IMG/VR virus record: IMGVR_UViG_3300035703_000020 | Coordinates: 64,001-128,000 of that record | DNA length: 64,000 bases | DNA from: a virus | Direction: 5' to 3' (one strand) | Part shown: positions 1 through 11,300 of the stretch, in pieces | Layout of the letters: each line of letters starts with the position of its first letter | Position numbering within the stretch: the first letter of the stretch is position 1 | Program-made: the position numbers and the translations under genes | Notes under the pieces: generated by a model | The model's database searches: none | What the model was told of the DNA's origin: nothing | Seen by the model: the letters and a program-made list of their open reading frames with translations, nothing else

Positions 1-1
1 G

Positions 2-49
2 GACATCAGCTACACCGAGGCGCTGAAGCAGGTCCTCTACACGGCCTGA
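2..49 (+). CDS. 3' end of probable prohead protease/scaffold protein (truncated by window)
   Basis: Frame 2 reads DISYTEALKQVLYTA*. An SYxEAL-type terminus just upstream of head genes is typical of Mu gpI-like scaffold C-termini. Confidence 0.4.
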   Translation, partial: DISYTEALKQVLYTA

Positions 50-53
50 CCAG

Positions 54-773
54 ATGGAGCTCCTGACATTCGTTGGTCAGGCGGCCAGGCGCAAGGGCGA
101 CTACGTTGATCGCGCCGAGGGCCTGGCCGAGTCCGCTGGATCGCTCGAGAAGCTCGAGGAGGAGATGAACGGGAGGGCCGACGCGCTCTCCCGCAAGCTC
201 GCCCTCGGCAAGATCACGCTCTCGGAGTTCCAGAGGGCCGCCGCGGAGGACACGCTCGTCAGCTCGCTCGCCGCCGTGCAGCTCGGCTACGGGCGCAAGT
301 CCGGGCTCACCGACTCGGCCTACGCCGAGACGATGGGCGCCATGCAGTACCTGTGGCGGTTCTTCGAGGACATTAAAAGGGCGCTCGCGGAGGGTAAAAT
401 CGAGTACGGCTCGGTCGGGCAAGACTTTGCTGACGCCGAGGAGACAGAGGACAGCATCCTCGACGAGATACCCGAGTCCGCGCTATCGCCCAAGCCAGGC
501 GCCTCCATCCCGGCAACGTGGGGAGGGGTCAGGGAGCGCGTGAAACGCTACCTGGTCACGCCGGCCTACCGCTGGCACAACGCCGGCCGCATGGCCCGCC
601 GGCAGGAGCTGGGCGCCAAGGAGATGCGCCGTGTGGCCCGCCGCGACAAGCGGACGTGCCGCGACTGCCTCGACTACGACGCCTCGGGGTGGCAGCCCAT
701 AGGAAGCCTGCCCGTCCCCGGCACCCGCTGCAGATGCCACGACCGCTGCAGGTGCGTCCTAGAGTTCCGCTAG
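54..773 (+). CDS. MuF-like head morphogenesis / minor capsid protein
   Basis: C-terminal DKRTCRDC...PGTRCRCHDRCRC Cys/His pattern of Mu F-type proteins; lies in the head module. Confidence 0.65.
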   Translation: MELLTFVGQAARRKGDYVDRAEGLAESAGSLEKLEEEMNGRADALSRKLALGKITLSEFQRAAAEDTLVSSLAAVQLGYGRKSGLTDSAYAETMGAMQYLWRFFEDIKRALAEGKIEYGSVGQDFADAEETEDSILDEIPESALSPKPGASIPATWGGVRERVKRYLVTPAYRWHNAGRMARRQELGAKEMRRVARRDKRTCRDCLDYDASGWQPIGSLPVPGTRCRCHDRCRCVLEFR

Positions 774-774
774 C

Positions 775-781
775 GGGTAAA
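775..781 (+). promoter_or_regulatory. GGGTAA(A) putative late-promoter motif upstream of decoration/capsid genes
   Basis: Intergenic copy of a motif that recurs upstream of many gene starts (see findings). Confidence 0.5.
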
Positions 782-838
782 TCGTAACAAAGAGAACCCC
801 TCACGGGGCCAGATTGAAACCCATTCGCCAAGTATAAA

Positions 839-1279
839 ATGGCTTCTCCCGTCTACGGCAAGCAGTACATCCGCTTTGCCGAAACCTTCCAGGTCGCCCA
901 GGGCACCGTCGTCAACGAGTTCCGCGTGGTCGGCCTGACCGGCGCCCCCGGCGCTCACCCTCCCCTGCTCGTCGAGCAGTCCGGCGGCGGTGAGGCCGTC
1001 GGCGTGGCCCAGTACACCCTGAACGACAACGTGCCCCCGACCGGCTTCGCAACCGACGAGGTGCGCATGCTGACCGTGGCCACCAGCGGCCTGCTGCTGG
1101 TCGCCGGCGACGGCACCAACGTGGCCGGCGACATCGGCCAGCCCCTCGAGGTGGACGCCGACGGCCAGGCTACCCTGACCGGCTCCGGCAGCGGCGTGCT
1201 GATGAACGGCACCACCCCCATCGTTCGCGACGTGATCGCGATCGGCGGCGAGGCCTTCGTGCTCGCAAGCTTCAACTGA
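839..1279 (+). CDS. Capsid decoration/cement protein (DUF2190-like)
   Basis: 146 aa, Gly/Val-rich (GVAQY...V...GLLLV...G+PLEVDADG), immediately upstream of the major capsid gene. Confidence 0.6.
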   Translation: MASPVYGKQYIRFAETFQVAQGTVVNEFRVVGLTGAPGAHPPLLVEQSGGGEAVGVAQYTLNDNVPPTGFATDEVRMLTVATSGLLLVAGDGTNVAGDIGQPLEVDADGQATLTGSGSGVLMNGTTPIVRDVIAIGGEAFVLASFN

Positions 1280-1298
1280 TCATAGCTGATCCTGTCCT

Positions 1299-1335
1299 GG
1301 CCTTGGCTTCGGTCGCACCGTGTAAGCCCAAGGCC
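1299..1335 (+). promoter_or_regulatory. Stem-loop in the 5' leader of the major capsid gene
   Basis: GGCCTTGG-CTT...AAG-C-CCAAGGCC outer stem enclosing an inner CGGT-CGC-ACCG hairpin. Confidence 0.45.
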
Positions 1336-1370
1336 GTCTCTAACCTTCTGCAGAAGGAGACTTAAAGTCA

Positions 1371-2426
1371 ATGATGAATCTTCGTGACACCTACGGTGGT
1401 GTCGACCCTATTCTGACTACGCTGGCGCAGGGCTTCATGCTGCCCGAGACCAGCATCGCCAACTTCATCGCTCCCGTGGTGGACACCCCCACCCGGGCCG
1501 GTAAGATCCTGCGCTTCGGCAAGGAAGCCTTCGCGATCCAGGACTACCGCCGCGCCTACGGCACCAACATCCCCGCCGTCCAGAGCCGCTTCGACACCGA
1601 CGCGTACGCCCTGGAGCAGGAAGTGATCGCTTGGGAACTGCCCGAGGAAGTGATCGAGAACGCTGGTGAGGGCCCTGCTCAGGTCGACCTGCGCGCCATC
1701 GAGACGCGCAACGCCATGAGCCGCCTCATGAACAGCTACGAGGTGACCGTGGCCAGCGCCGTGGCTACCACCGGCAACTACGAGCCCGGCGTGATCGCTC
1801 CCGGCGGCACCCTGGGCCTCGGCTACGCCGACTGGACCACCTACGCCGCTGACGCGACCGCGATCGGCATCAACAATGGCGGCAACCCCTGGGGCACCGG
1901 CGTCAACAACCCGATTGTCGACGTCCTGAACTGGAAGCGCGCCGTCTCCAACCAGATCGGCATCCGCCCCAACAGCGCTGTGATCGGCACCGCTGTGTTC
2001 GACAGCCTGCTGACCAACGCCGCGATCCTGGACCGCATCCAGTTCACCACGGCTGACAGCATCGACGTCGACGTGCTGGCCCGCTACTTCGGCCTCGAGC
2101 GCGGCATCCGCGTCGCCGAGGGTCGTCGCCTGGCCGATGACGGCACGCTGACCCCCGTGTTCCCCGAGAACGCCGTCCTGCTGTTCTACAGCCCGCTGGC
2201 CGCGTCCGAGTCCGTGATGCCCGCCGGCGGTGCCAACGCCGCCACCCCCGCCTTCGCGTACACGTACCAGCTGACCGGCACCCCAGCCGTCCGCCCCGAG
2301 TACTACATCCGCGAGCGTCGCGTGGTGCGCGCTGAGATCACTGTCGAGCGCGCGGTGAACATCACCGGCCTCGGTGCAACTGGTGCCTTCGGTTCTGGCT
2401 TCTACATCGACGACGTGTTCGCCTGA
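1371..2426 (+). CDS. Major capsid protein
   Basis: 351 aa; VDPILTTLAQG, IAPVV, FGKEAF, G.RPN..VIG and P.FAYTY motifs typical of the lambda E-like/Mu-like capsid family; strong codon bias; AAGGAG RBS. Confidence 0.85.
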   Translation: MMNLRDTYGGVDPILTTLAQGFMLPETSIANFIAPVVDTPTRAGKILRFGKEAFAIQDYRRAYGTNIPAVQSRFDTDAYALEQEVIAWELPEEVIENAGEGPAQVDLRAIETRNAMSRLMNSYEVTVASAVATTGNYEPGVIAPGGTLGLGYADWTTYAADATAIGINNGGNPWGTGVNNPIVDVLNWKRAVSNQIGIRPNSAVIGTAVFDSLLTNAAILDRIQFTTADSIDVDVLARYFGLERGIRVAEGRRLADDGTLTPVFPENAVLLFYSPLAASESVMPAGGANAATPAFAYTYQLTGTPAVRPEYYIRERRVVRAEITVERAVNITGLGATGAFGSGFYIDDVFA

Positions 2427-2461
2427 TCCTTCTTTACTCTCACCCCTAAAGGAGGATCCCG

Positions 2462-2884
2462 ATGCCCATTCTAGTACCCATTCCGAAGTCCGCCTTTATC
2501 GTCACCATCTCCGGGATGGAGACGATCTGGACGACCTTCTCCGGGATCTCGGATACCGCTGAGAGCGGTCAGTACGCCAACGCAACCGGCAATCGGATCT
2601 ACAAAGTTGTCGGGCCGCGGTCCGTCGACGATGTGACCCTCTCGGCCCCATACGATCCCGCCCTCGCGTCTGCCATCGAGCAGATCTGGCTCAACTACAA
2701 CTGTGAGTTCCTCACGATCACGGTCCAGCCCACGACCTGTAACGGCACCTCCAACAACGGTTCCGCCTACACGCTCAACGGCGTCCAGCTCCAGCAGCTG
2801 ACCGTGGCCGAGATGGACCGCGAGTCAGGCGACGTGGGCACCATCGAACTGGTGTTCACCGTCAACTCCTGGACCCGCGCCTGA
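2462..2884 (+). CDS. Tail tube protein (contractile-tail type, putative)
   Basis: 140 aa beta-rich protein (TFSG...DVTL...DRESGDV.TIELVF); AGGAGG RBS; co-transcribed with the capsid gene and followed by a terminator. Confidence 0.6.
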   Translation: MPILVPIPKSAFIVTISGMETIWTTFSGISDTAESGQYANATGNRIYKVVGPRSVDDVTLSAPYDPALASAIEQIWLNYNCEFLTITVQPTTCNGTSNNGSAYTLNGVQLQQLTVAEMDRESGDVGTIELVFTVNSWTRA

Positions 2885-2907
2885 TCGACCGAGATCAACG
2901 CCCAGAC

Positions 2908-2932
2908 GGCCCCGCTCCGGCGGGGCCTTTTT
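2908..2932 (+). terminator. Rho-independent terminator
   Basis: GGCCCCGC-TCCG-GCGGGGCC followed by TTTTT. Confidence 0.85.
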
Positions 2933-2940
2933 AGTTTCCG

Positions 2941-2947
2941 GGGTAAG
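2941..2947 (+). promoter_or_regulatory. GGGTAAG putative late-promoter motif
   Basis: Directly after the terminator and ~30 nt before ATG 2976. Confidence 0.55.
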
Positions 2948-2975
2948 ACACCCCGAGAACACCTACACGCTAGGC

Positions 2976-3407
2976 ATGGCCAAAACCCTTTTCGGGCCTG
3001 GTGTCATCGTCACCTCCCAGTGGCTGAACGGCGCGCGCGACATCAAGTTCGACGGAGCCGACCTCGACTGGCACTACCCGCCGCTCAACGCGAGCGACAT
3101 CCAGCGCGGCGGCGAGGGCGGCCTGGACAACGTCTACGTCACGCTCAACACCGACCAGACGTACGGCTCGACCCCCGTCGTCGGCCCGAAGAGCTTCATG
3201 GGGCCGGTCGCGTTCGGCGATCAGGCCAACACGAACCCCAACTACGCGCCGCTCTCCTGGAACACGAACGCCAAGTTCAACCAGGGCGGCACGGAGCAGA
3301 ATTTCACGACCAAGTTCTCTCAGCTGACGGACGCCGACGTCGTCACGAAGGCCGTCCTGACCGAGCGCATCGCCAACTTCCCGATCATCGACGAAGGCTC
3401 CTTCTGA
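2976..3407 (+). CDS. Structural protein (baseplate/fibre-associated), hypothetical
   Basis: N-terminal F.PG.IVTS.WLN motif seen in fibre N-termini; ends IIDEGSF. Confidence 0.55.
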   Translation: MAKTLFGPGVIVTSQWLNGARDIKFDGADLDWHYPPLNASDIQRGGEGGLDNVYVTLNTDQTYGSTPVVGPKSFMGPVAFGDQANTNPNYAPLSWNTNAKFNQGGTEQNFTTKFSQLTDADVVTKAVLTERIANFPIIDEGSF

Positions 3408-3408
3408 C

Positions 3409-6400
3409 ATGCCGCAGTACGCACCGCTCCCCAACATCGAGCTCGACCCACGCAACGAGACCGAGCTCGTGGCGGCCGCGGCGCAGAGGGTCTTCGAGGC
3501 GTCCGGCTCCACGATCAACGACTTCTCGGCCGGGTCGCCGATAGCGGCCCTGCTCGAGGGCCAGGCTTTCGCGCAGGCCGAGTTCCTGCAGTTCGCCAAC
3601 CAGTTCCCAGAGTCCGTCCTCGTCGAGTGGATCGGCCCGTTCCTCGGCGCGCAAAGGCGCGCGGGCGCGGGCGCCACCGTATCGCTGGAGTTCTCCATCG
3701 TCCCCCGCGACAGCGAGTTCGTCGTCTTCCCGGGCTTCGAGGTGTCGACCGACTCGAACCTGACGGGCGGCCAGTCGATCACCTTCATCACGACCGAGCA
3801 GGTCACCATCCCGGCCGGCGAGAGCACCGGCCGCGGCACCGCCCTGTCCCTGCTCAAGGGCGCCGCGATGAATGTCGCCGCGAACACGATCACCAGGGTG
3901 CTCACGAGCCTTGACGGCGTCGAGTCCGTCGTCAACCCCGAGCCCGCCTACGGCGGGGAGGACCCGGAGCTCCTGGACGAGGTCAAGCAGCGTTTCTTCA
4001 CGCTGATCCGCCGCCGCAACCCCGTCTCCGCCGAGGACTGGCAGAGCTTCTTCGAGGACGCGCTGGGCGCTGGCGCCGCCGTCAACGTGCTCCCGCGCCG
4101 CTCGGAGAAGGAGGTCTACCGCTACGAGGCGGACTACGTCACCTCCAACCCCTCGGTCTCGTTCTTCGCGCTCAACCCCGACGGGACCCCGCTCACACTC
4201 GCGCAGCGCAACGGGCTGCAGAACCTGATCAAATTCAGCCTCCCGATCGAGTTCACCGGCAACGTGTACTCGATGGAGGTCGACGACGTTGACGTGAACA
4301 TCACGATCGCGTACGACCCAGCCAAGAATTACGCCACCGACCTGCGCAACTTCAGCCGCACGGTGCGGGACAGCCTGTTCGGGATCATGACGCCGAACGC
4401 GGTGTTCCCCATCAGCTACGCCCCGTCGGTGTCGGACGTCGAGGGCGCCCTGACCAACTCCTTCCCGGCCGTGTTCGGCTCGGGCAACCAGTTCGTCGAC
4501 CCGGACGTCGAGGCGATCTACGCCTACTACACGCCGCGGAACATGTCCTCGGCGACCTTCACCCGCGTCGTCCCCAAGCCGTTCGTCACGGACTACTCGC
4601 TGAACCAGAACGACCTGGTGGTGGACGCGACCGGCGTCGAGCAGAGGTTCTATCCTGTTGCTACGGGCTTCAACCCCGTCACGGGCTCCAAGGTCTACCA
4701 TAACAACCTCGGGGACCTGTCGCTGGTCATCATCCAGGACCTGACCGCGTCGACCTACAGCACGGGCGACGTGATCTCCATCGGCATCGAGGGCGACGCC
4801 ACGCTGCACGTGGTGCTCGCGCCGTTCACCTACAACGCCAGGAAGACTATCCCCCAGCTCGTCTCCGAGGGCCTGCTCAGCGAGGCCAAGGAGTTCACCG
4901 AGTTCCTGGTCAACAACGAGTACGTGGCGACCGACTCGCAGGGGCGGTACAACCCGCAGCTCATAGAGTTCGAGCGCGGCGACACCGACTTCGAGACGTT
5001 CGAGCCGCGCAACCCGGCCGGCGTCCCGCCGTCCAGACGCGCGGGGTGGCCCGTGTGGGTCGTGGCGCGCAACTTCACGCGCGTGACCAACACGACCAAC
5101 CTCTCGACCGCCCAGGCCGAGGGCTTCGTGTCAACCTTCCCCGAGGAGGTCCTGCTGCTCGAGCCTGGCGTCGAGTACGTCGCCGGGGCGTACGTGTCGA
5201 CCCCCTCGCCCGAGGAGGCGCTGCTGCGATCCATCCTCGCCGAGGTGTGCTATACCGACGTCCTGCGCGGCGCCGCCAAGGTGTACGCCAAGGTGCTCAA
5301 CACCTTCACCTTCACGCTGGGCGCGGACCAGACCTACAAGGAGGAGATCGACGGCCTCGTCGCGGCGGGCATCATCGAGATCATCGACGTCGTCGACTTC
5401 GTGGACTGCGCCGGCAGGTCCTCGTTCAAGGACCGCCCGTTCCGCTACTCGGCCAGGTTCCGCACAGGCGAGTACCTCCGCTACCGCCCCGAGGGCGGGT
5501 TCGACGCGAAGCAGCTCGAGGAGTGCTTCCGCGAGTCCGCGACCTGCCCCAACCTCTCGTCCGGCTGCAAGCGGCTGATCGAGCAGAACCTCCCGCTCCC
5601 GTCGTACTACTACGTCCTCAAGGACTTCACGCCGAACACGGTGAGCATCAAGGACCTGGTCGACCAGGGCCTGATCATCGAGGTCCCGTCCACCTACTTC
5701 TTCACCAAGTACGCGGTCACCGTGTCGACGGCGACGGAGCTGGTCACGGCCGAGATGATCACCAACCTGATGATCTCACAGGGGCTGATCGACAGCACCT
5801 CCGACCTGTCCGTCGGCGATAACGTGACGCTCAAGGACATCTCCGGGCGCGACGTCAGGATCTACTTCTGGGACGGCGAGAGCTGGAGCATGGACGTCGG
5901 CGGGATCCCGACCTACCGCGACATCTTCCGCTTCGCGCCGCGCGACGCGGCCAGCTTCCGCAGTGGGAGCGTCGTCCGCCAGTACGAGGCGACACAGCAC
6001 GTCACCCCGATCCTCGACCTGGAGACCTACTACGACAACGGGGTCTTCGTCGCGTCCGAGCGCACCGAGAACGTCAAGTACACCGACCCGCTCTACCACT
6101 ACGAGGACGTTGTCGCCGACGTCACGGACAAGCAGGCCCGGTTCTACAGGGCGATCAGGTCGTTCACGCCGCCAGCCACCGTCACGACGTGGGTCGGCCC
6201 GGATCAGCCCAACACCGAGCGGGTGGAGGAGGTCTTCGGCAACCTACTCAAGTTCGTCGTGCAGGCCGAGGGCCAGGACGACATCTACTCCAGGCTCGGC
6301 CCGCAGGTGTCCACCACGAAGCTGGGCGTGGCCAACATCAAGCTGCGCTCGCAGGCCAACAAGAACCCGGAGAACAACTTTGTGTGGGAGTCGACTGACG

Positions 6401-6492
6401 CCGCGCTGACGCCGCCGCAGCTGTCGTTCTTCACCGGCACTCAGTTCCAGTACAAACCAGTCGACTACGGCAGCGGCACGCTCGCCCTATGA
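3409..6492 (+). CDS. Baseplate J-like wedge protein with long C-terminal extension
   Basis: N-terminal ~400 aa with DFSAGS...LLE, G..RR, V.NPE.A.GG.D.E and VSAEDW motifs of the baseplate J family. Confidence 0.8.
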   Translation: MPQYAPLPNIELDPRNETELVAAAAQRVFEASGSTINDFSAGSPIAALLEGQAFAQAEFLQFANQFPESVLVEWIGPFLGAQRRAGAGATVSLEFSIVPRDSEFVVFPGFEVSTDSNLTGGQSITFITTEQVTIPAGESTGRGTALSLLKGAAMNVAANTITRVLTSLDGVESVVNPEPAYGGEDPELLDEVKQRFFTLIRRRNPVSAEDWQSFFEDALGAGAAVNVLPRRSEKEVYRYEADYVTSNPSVSFFALNPDGTPLTLAQRNGLQNLIKFSLPIEFTGNVYSMEVDDVDVNITIAYDPAKNYATDLRNFSRTVRDSLFGIMTPNAVFPISYAPSVSDVEGALTNSFPAVFGSGNQFVDPDVEAIYAYYTPRNMSSATFTRVVPKPFVTDYSLNQNDLVVDATGVEQRFYPVATGFNPVTGSKVYHNNLGDLSLVIIQDLTASTYSTGDVISIGIEGDATLHVVLAPFTYNARKTIPQLVSEGLLSEAKEFTEFLVNNEYVATDSQGRYNPQLIEFERGDTDFETFEPRNPAGVPPSRRAGWPVWVVARNFTRVTNTTNLSTAQAEGFVSTFPEEVLLLEPGVEYVAGAYVSTPSPEEALLRSILAEVCYTDVLRGAAKVYAKVLNTFTFTLGADQTYKEEIDGLVAAGIIEIIDVVDFVDCAGRSSFKDRPFRYSARFRTGEYLRYRPEGGFDAKQLEECFRESATCPNLSSGCKRLIEQNLPLPSYYYVLKDFTPNTVSIKDLVDQGLIIEVPSTYFFTKYAVTVSTATELVTAEMITNLMISQGLIDSTSDLSVGDNVTLKDISGRDVRIYFWDGESWSMDVGGIPTYRDIFRFAPRDAASFRSGSVVRQYEATQHVTPILDLETYYDNGVFVASERTENVKYTDPLYHYEDVVADVTDKQARFYRAIRSFTPPATVTTWVGPDQPNTERVEEVFGNLLKFVVQAEGQDDIYSRLGPQVSTTKLGVANIKLRSQANKNPENNFVWESTDAALTPPQLSFFTGTQFQYKPVDYGSGTLAL

Positions 6493-8159
6493 CCGAAGCA
6501 CTCCCACAGTCGCAGATAGGGCCGCTGGCAACGACCCTCTACGCCGAGACGCAGCCCGTTGTAAAATTCCTCAACCCCGACGCAGCGAGGGTCATCGGCT
6601 TCTCGCCCGTCCCCACAGTCTGGGGGAGGGCGACCGGACGCCCCATATACGACCGCCTGCCGTCCGCGAGCGAGGCCTACGTCACAGACTACGAGGCCGG
6701 GAACAGGGTCAAGATCTTCATTGGCGACCAGAACGTCGCCACCGGCTCGGGCACGCTCCAGGTCGGAGCTTGGCAGCCCGATCCAGGCATCCTGGTCGTC
6801 CAGAGCGGCACCCTCGTGTGGAGGAACGGCCCGGTCGACGTCGAAGCCCTCGCGATCAAGCTCTCGGCCCTCAACGAGGGCGGCGGGCTGCAGGACGGCG
6901 AGTACCAGGTCGGCTACATCATGCGGTACGAGGCGGACACGTCCGCCAAGTACAAGGAGTACAAGGTCGAGGACTACTCCCTGGCCGCCAGCGCGACCGT
7001 GTACGGCGCGACGGCCGCCGCCGAGCAGTACCCGGTGGAGGTGGCGTTTACCGACGAGCTCGACACGAGCTGGAGGCCCTCGGACAGCGGGTACGTCGGC
7101 GGTTACGACGACGGCCAGGCGCTCATCCTCGACTTCACGCAGCCCGTCAAGGCCGAGAGGTTCACGCTGACCGCCTCGGCGGTCGAGTACGCCACCGCGA
7201 AGTGCTCGGCCTACTGGTCCGACGACGGCATCATCTGGCACCTCGACGACAGGGTGTGGGAGCCCAAGGGCGGCCGGTGGGACATCACCGTGTCCACGCA
7301 GGAGCGCCATAGGTATTGGCGCCTGTACTTCTGGTCCGGCGTCGTCGACGTGCAGCAGTTCGCGTACACCGGGACCGCGCTGTACGCCGACCAGCGCCGC
7401 ACCGGCGCGGTGTCGGTCGCGGAGCCGTACCTGGACGAGCTCTACGAGCAGGTCGACGGCGCGCACATCATGCTGGCCGCGATCGAGGTCCGCGGCAACG
7501 AGGTCGTGCGCGTCGAGGACTACCGCCTCTCGCAGATCACCTACCAGCAGTTTCAGCCGGTGGCGTCCTGGATCACGTCGTTCCAGGACGAGTCGCTGCG
7601 CAGGTACTTCACCGACGTGGAGAAGTACGCGGAGCGGTGGATGGCCCCTCCCACGGCGGCGTACGGGATCTACGACGAGCTGCTGTACGACAACACGTTC
7701 GAGATCGGGTCAGACCTCGACTATCCGAGGTTGGAGCTGCCGTCGGTGGTCCGCCTCGAGGCCGGGTACTACTTCACGTACGACGACATAGACATCCGGA
7801 TAGACGGGGAGCAGAACTACTACCAGAACCCGGTCCTGCTCGACATCCCGACGCCGGAGATAACGACGGAGACCGGCATCCCGATCGCCACGACCGACAA
7901 CCGGGCCCTCGCGATCGACCGGCCAAGGTCGACGATGATGTACTCGTTCAAGGGTAAGAGTGATTCGCTCGGCCTTGCGACCAACCCCGGCGATCTCCAG
8001 ATCCAGGGCGATGAGGTCACCGTGTACGAATCGTCAAGCGCGATCGCACCGTACCACGTGACCAACGTCGCGGCCCCAGAGGACGACAGCGACCTGTCCA
8101 CGAAAGCGTACGTGGACGCCGCACTCATCGTGAATATGGACAATGGCGCATACGACTGA
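6489..8159 (+). CDS. Baseplate/tail structural protein with discoidin (F5/8 type C)-like domain
   Basis: SW...LILDF...WSDDG..W...RYWRL pattern; C-terminal D..TK.YVD fibre motif and DNGAY end. Confidence 0.5.
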   Translation: MTEALPQSQIGPLATTLYAETQPVVKFLNPDAARVIGFSPVPTVWGRATGRPIYDRLPSASEAYVTDYEAGNRVKIFIGDQNVATGSGTLQVGAWQPDPGILVVQSGTLVWRNGPVDVEALAIKLSALNEGGGLQDGEYQVGYIMRYEADTSAKYKEYKVEDYSLAASATVYGATAAAEQYPVEVAFTDELDTSWRPSDSGYVGGYDDGQALILDFTQPVKAERFTLTASAVEYATAKCSAYWSDDGIIWHLDDRVWEPKGGRWDITVSTQERHRYWRLYFWSGVVDVQQFAYTGTALYADQRRTGAVSVAEPYLDELYEQVDGAHIMLAAIEVRGNEVVRVEDYRLSQITYQQFQPVASWITSFQDESLRRYFTDVEKYAERWMAPPTAAYGIYDELLYDNTFEIGSDLDYPRLELPSVVRLEAGYYFTYDDIDIRIDGEQNYYQNPVLLDIPTPEITTETGIPIATTDNRALAIDRPRSTMMYSFKGKSDSLGLATNPGDLQIQGDEVTVYESSSAIAPYHVTNVAAPEDDSDLSTKAYVDAALIVNMDNGAYD

Positions 8160-8349
8160 GGTAGTTTCCGCGGACGTCCAGGTGACTGGCGTCCTCGACA
8201 TGCGCACGAACCGCATCACCGGGCTCGATCTGGACCTCGACTTCTACCCGCAGCTCCCAGAGGACGGCGCGAGCAAGAAGTACGTCGACTTCACGCGCAA
8301 CGCGATCATAGAGGCTCTGCCAGCACTCGTCAACAACGGGACGTTCTGA
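8143..8349 (+). CDS. Small structural protein (fibre-like motif)
   Basis: LDM..NRITGL...DGASKKYVD motif; ends NNGTF. Confidence 0.5.
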   Translation: MAHTTEVVSADVQVTGVLDMRTNRITGLDLDLDFYPQLPEDGASKKYVDFTRNAIIEALPALVNNGTF

Positions 8350-8353
8350 AGAG

Positions 8354-11300
8354 ATGCCTCGCCAGATATTTGATGTAGAGCAATACGAACTCCGCGGGAC
8401 GCTCCCGCAGACCTACACCGAGGGCCAGAAGACGGTTCTCAACAGGGTCGTCTCGCGCGTAAACGGCCAGCTCGACTGGACCGCCCAGCTGCTCGGCTTC
8501 AACGGCCCGCGCTACTGGGGCAACGCGTCCACCGACGCCGAGGGCAACTACGAGTTCATCGGCCTGCCGCAGACGGTCGCGGAGAAGCGCGCGCTGCAGG
8601 TCGGCGCGTTTGGCGTCTACAGTAAGGACAAGCCGTACGAGTCCTGGCCGGCGCCGTTCAACCGCAAGGCCGTCGGCGCGTCGGCCGACCTGACCTTCTC
8701 GGCGGAGGACCGCGACGGGCAGGTAGCCGTCTGGCCGTTCGCCCAGGACCGCAATTTCACCTTCGAGAAGTCCCCCTACCTGGTGGTGGGCGGGGCCTAC
8801 ACGTTCGACCAGCTCGTCGACGTCTCGGTCTTCAACGCCGACCCCGACACGGTCGAGGTCATCCAGGATCTCGACCAACGCGTGACGCGCGTCCGCGTCC
8901 TGAGCGACGACGTCCAGTTCATCTCGGTGTTCCTGACCGAGTCGCCCGACGCCAAGCCCTTCACCTTCACCACGCGAAAGTGGGAGGACCCGTCCGACTG
9001 GGACGACGACCAGGTCCGGGAGCAATTCCTAGGCGCCTGGGGCAGCAAGGGCAACCAGCTGTCGATGCACTTCGCGTTCGACGCCCTCGACCTGCACGGC
9101 TTCAACGAGGTCGAGGCGCTCTCGCTCGACAAGATCACCGGGGCGCTCAAGATCGAGCGGCTGCTCGGGCTGATCGGACTCAAGCCAGGGCCGATGGCCG
9201 CCCTGGTCTCCGCCCCGTACGCGTTCGAGGTCGAGGGCTGCGAGGTGACGGGGCCCTTCAGCCCGTCCGTCGACTTCGAGTCCACGTCGGTCACGATCAC
9301 CACCAATGACTTCTTCGACATCGTCACGGAGGACGGCCGCGTCATAGCCACCGACGAGGGGTCGTGCGGCGTCCAGGATTACATCTTCATGCTCACCGAC
9401 GGCAACGACGGCGAGGGCGGGCTGGTAGACTTCGACAACGGCTTCTTCCCCGACGAGGGGAACGTGGGCTGCTTCACCGATAACGGGACGCTCGAGCTGC
9501 CGGGGTCGGCCACCGGCGAGATGAACAACGGGGAGTACGAGCTGATCGGCGACTTCCCGACAGAGGCCAACGGGATATACGACCAGAACCCACTCTCGAT
9601 CTGCCAGACAGACCCCGACACAACCCCGACAGGTACCCTGTCCAACGGCGAGTACCCGGGCGACTACTACCCCAACCCCGGCGGCTCGGTCGATAACGAC
9701 GGCACCTACGACATCAGCATCGAGCAGCTGATGACGGAGGACCTGAGGCTCATCTCCGCCAACAACGAGTCCTTCGACTACAGCGGCTGCTACAGGGAGC
9801 CCGACGAGACCTACGGGGTCTGCGAGACCTGCGACTACACCCTCACGCTGCGCCAGACGTACGACACGACCCCGAACGAGATCGCGACGGACCCCGGCCC
9901 CGAGGCCAGCATCCCGATCGGACTCAACGGGTTCATGCGCGACGAGCCGATCTCCTGCGGGCTGGACAACGGCACGTTCGAGGACGCGGTCCTGACGAAC
10001 TTCTACCTCGACCGCGCGCGGACGGTCCTCTGGGAGGACATCGTGCCGGTGAACTCCTTCACCGTCGAGACAAGGGCGCAGGGCACGTTCACCATCACCG
10101 AGGTCGGGGGCCTGTTCGAGTTCCTGGCGCGCGACCGCTTCGTGGCTATCCCACCGCCCTCAAACGCTACGAACGGCGGGGTCGTCGACGACGGCTCCTA
10201 CGGGGATCTCAACCCGAACGCGCTGACGCGCTTCGACCTCAACCTGCCGGACCAGGACATCTTCGGGGGCATCCTCGACCTGGGCGACCTGTCGCCCGCG
10301 GTCGGCACCACCGCGTGGGACTGGGGCGTCGTCTACACGGTGCCGTTCAACGGCGTGGTCGACCAGCAGCAGGCGGACTACGCCATCTACGACGGCATCT
10401 ACGACCAGGACCCGGCGCTCAACTGCCCCGAGCCGCAGGCGCCCGAGATCAACATTAACTACTTCGACCTGGTCACCGACGTGCTCGGCGAGCCGGGCCC
10501 CATCCTCGTGTCCGACTCCGGGGTGGACAACGAGATCGTGCTCACCGCGTCCGGGGACGAGGAGGACGGGTACGACGGGATGACCATCGCCTTCGACGGC
10601 CTGGAGCTCGCCGAGCTCGCCTTCGACTACGAGGCGAAGACGCCGTTCGCGATGACGGAGTTCCCGTCCATCGAATGGGTGGTCGACCTGCAGTTGAACA
10701 ACGGGACCTTCTACCCCGTATCCGACCAGGGGGCGTGGATGGGCACCGACGACGGAGACTTCGACGAGCGCATGGAGTTCGTGCAGCTCGGCTCCATCGC
10801 GTCCGAGTTCGACTCAGAGCTCGACGCCATAGGCCTGAACTTCCGCGGCGGCCTCCTGACCTTCGACGACGGCGAGTTCGACCAGCTCGTCGAGCCCAAC
10901 TGCGACTTCGAGGGCGGCAGCCCGTGCGCGCTCGTCGACGGAGGGGTCCTCATCGAGGGCGTCGACTACAATGAGCCCGACACGAACTGCTTCGAGGAGT
11001 GCGGCAAGATCGACAGCGGCCTGTACCAGTTCTACGGCTTCATCCCGCCGGCCTTCCCGGTCATCGACGGCCAGGGGTCGCGGGTCATCCCGGACTCCTG
11101 CGTCCTGTACGACAACTCGACCTACGACCGCGTCCCGCGCCCTGACGTGGCCGGGGGCGGTTACTACTCGTGCACCACGTACGACAACTCCGTCTACCCG
11201 TTCACCGGGATCTACGACTGCAACCTCGAGGAGTGGGGCGAGTTCGGGCTCAGCCCGAGCGGCGTCTACGCGGACCAGGGCGAGTACACCGACGCGTTCC

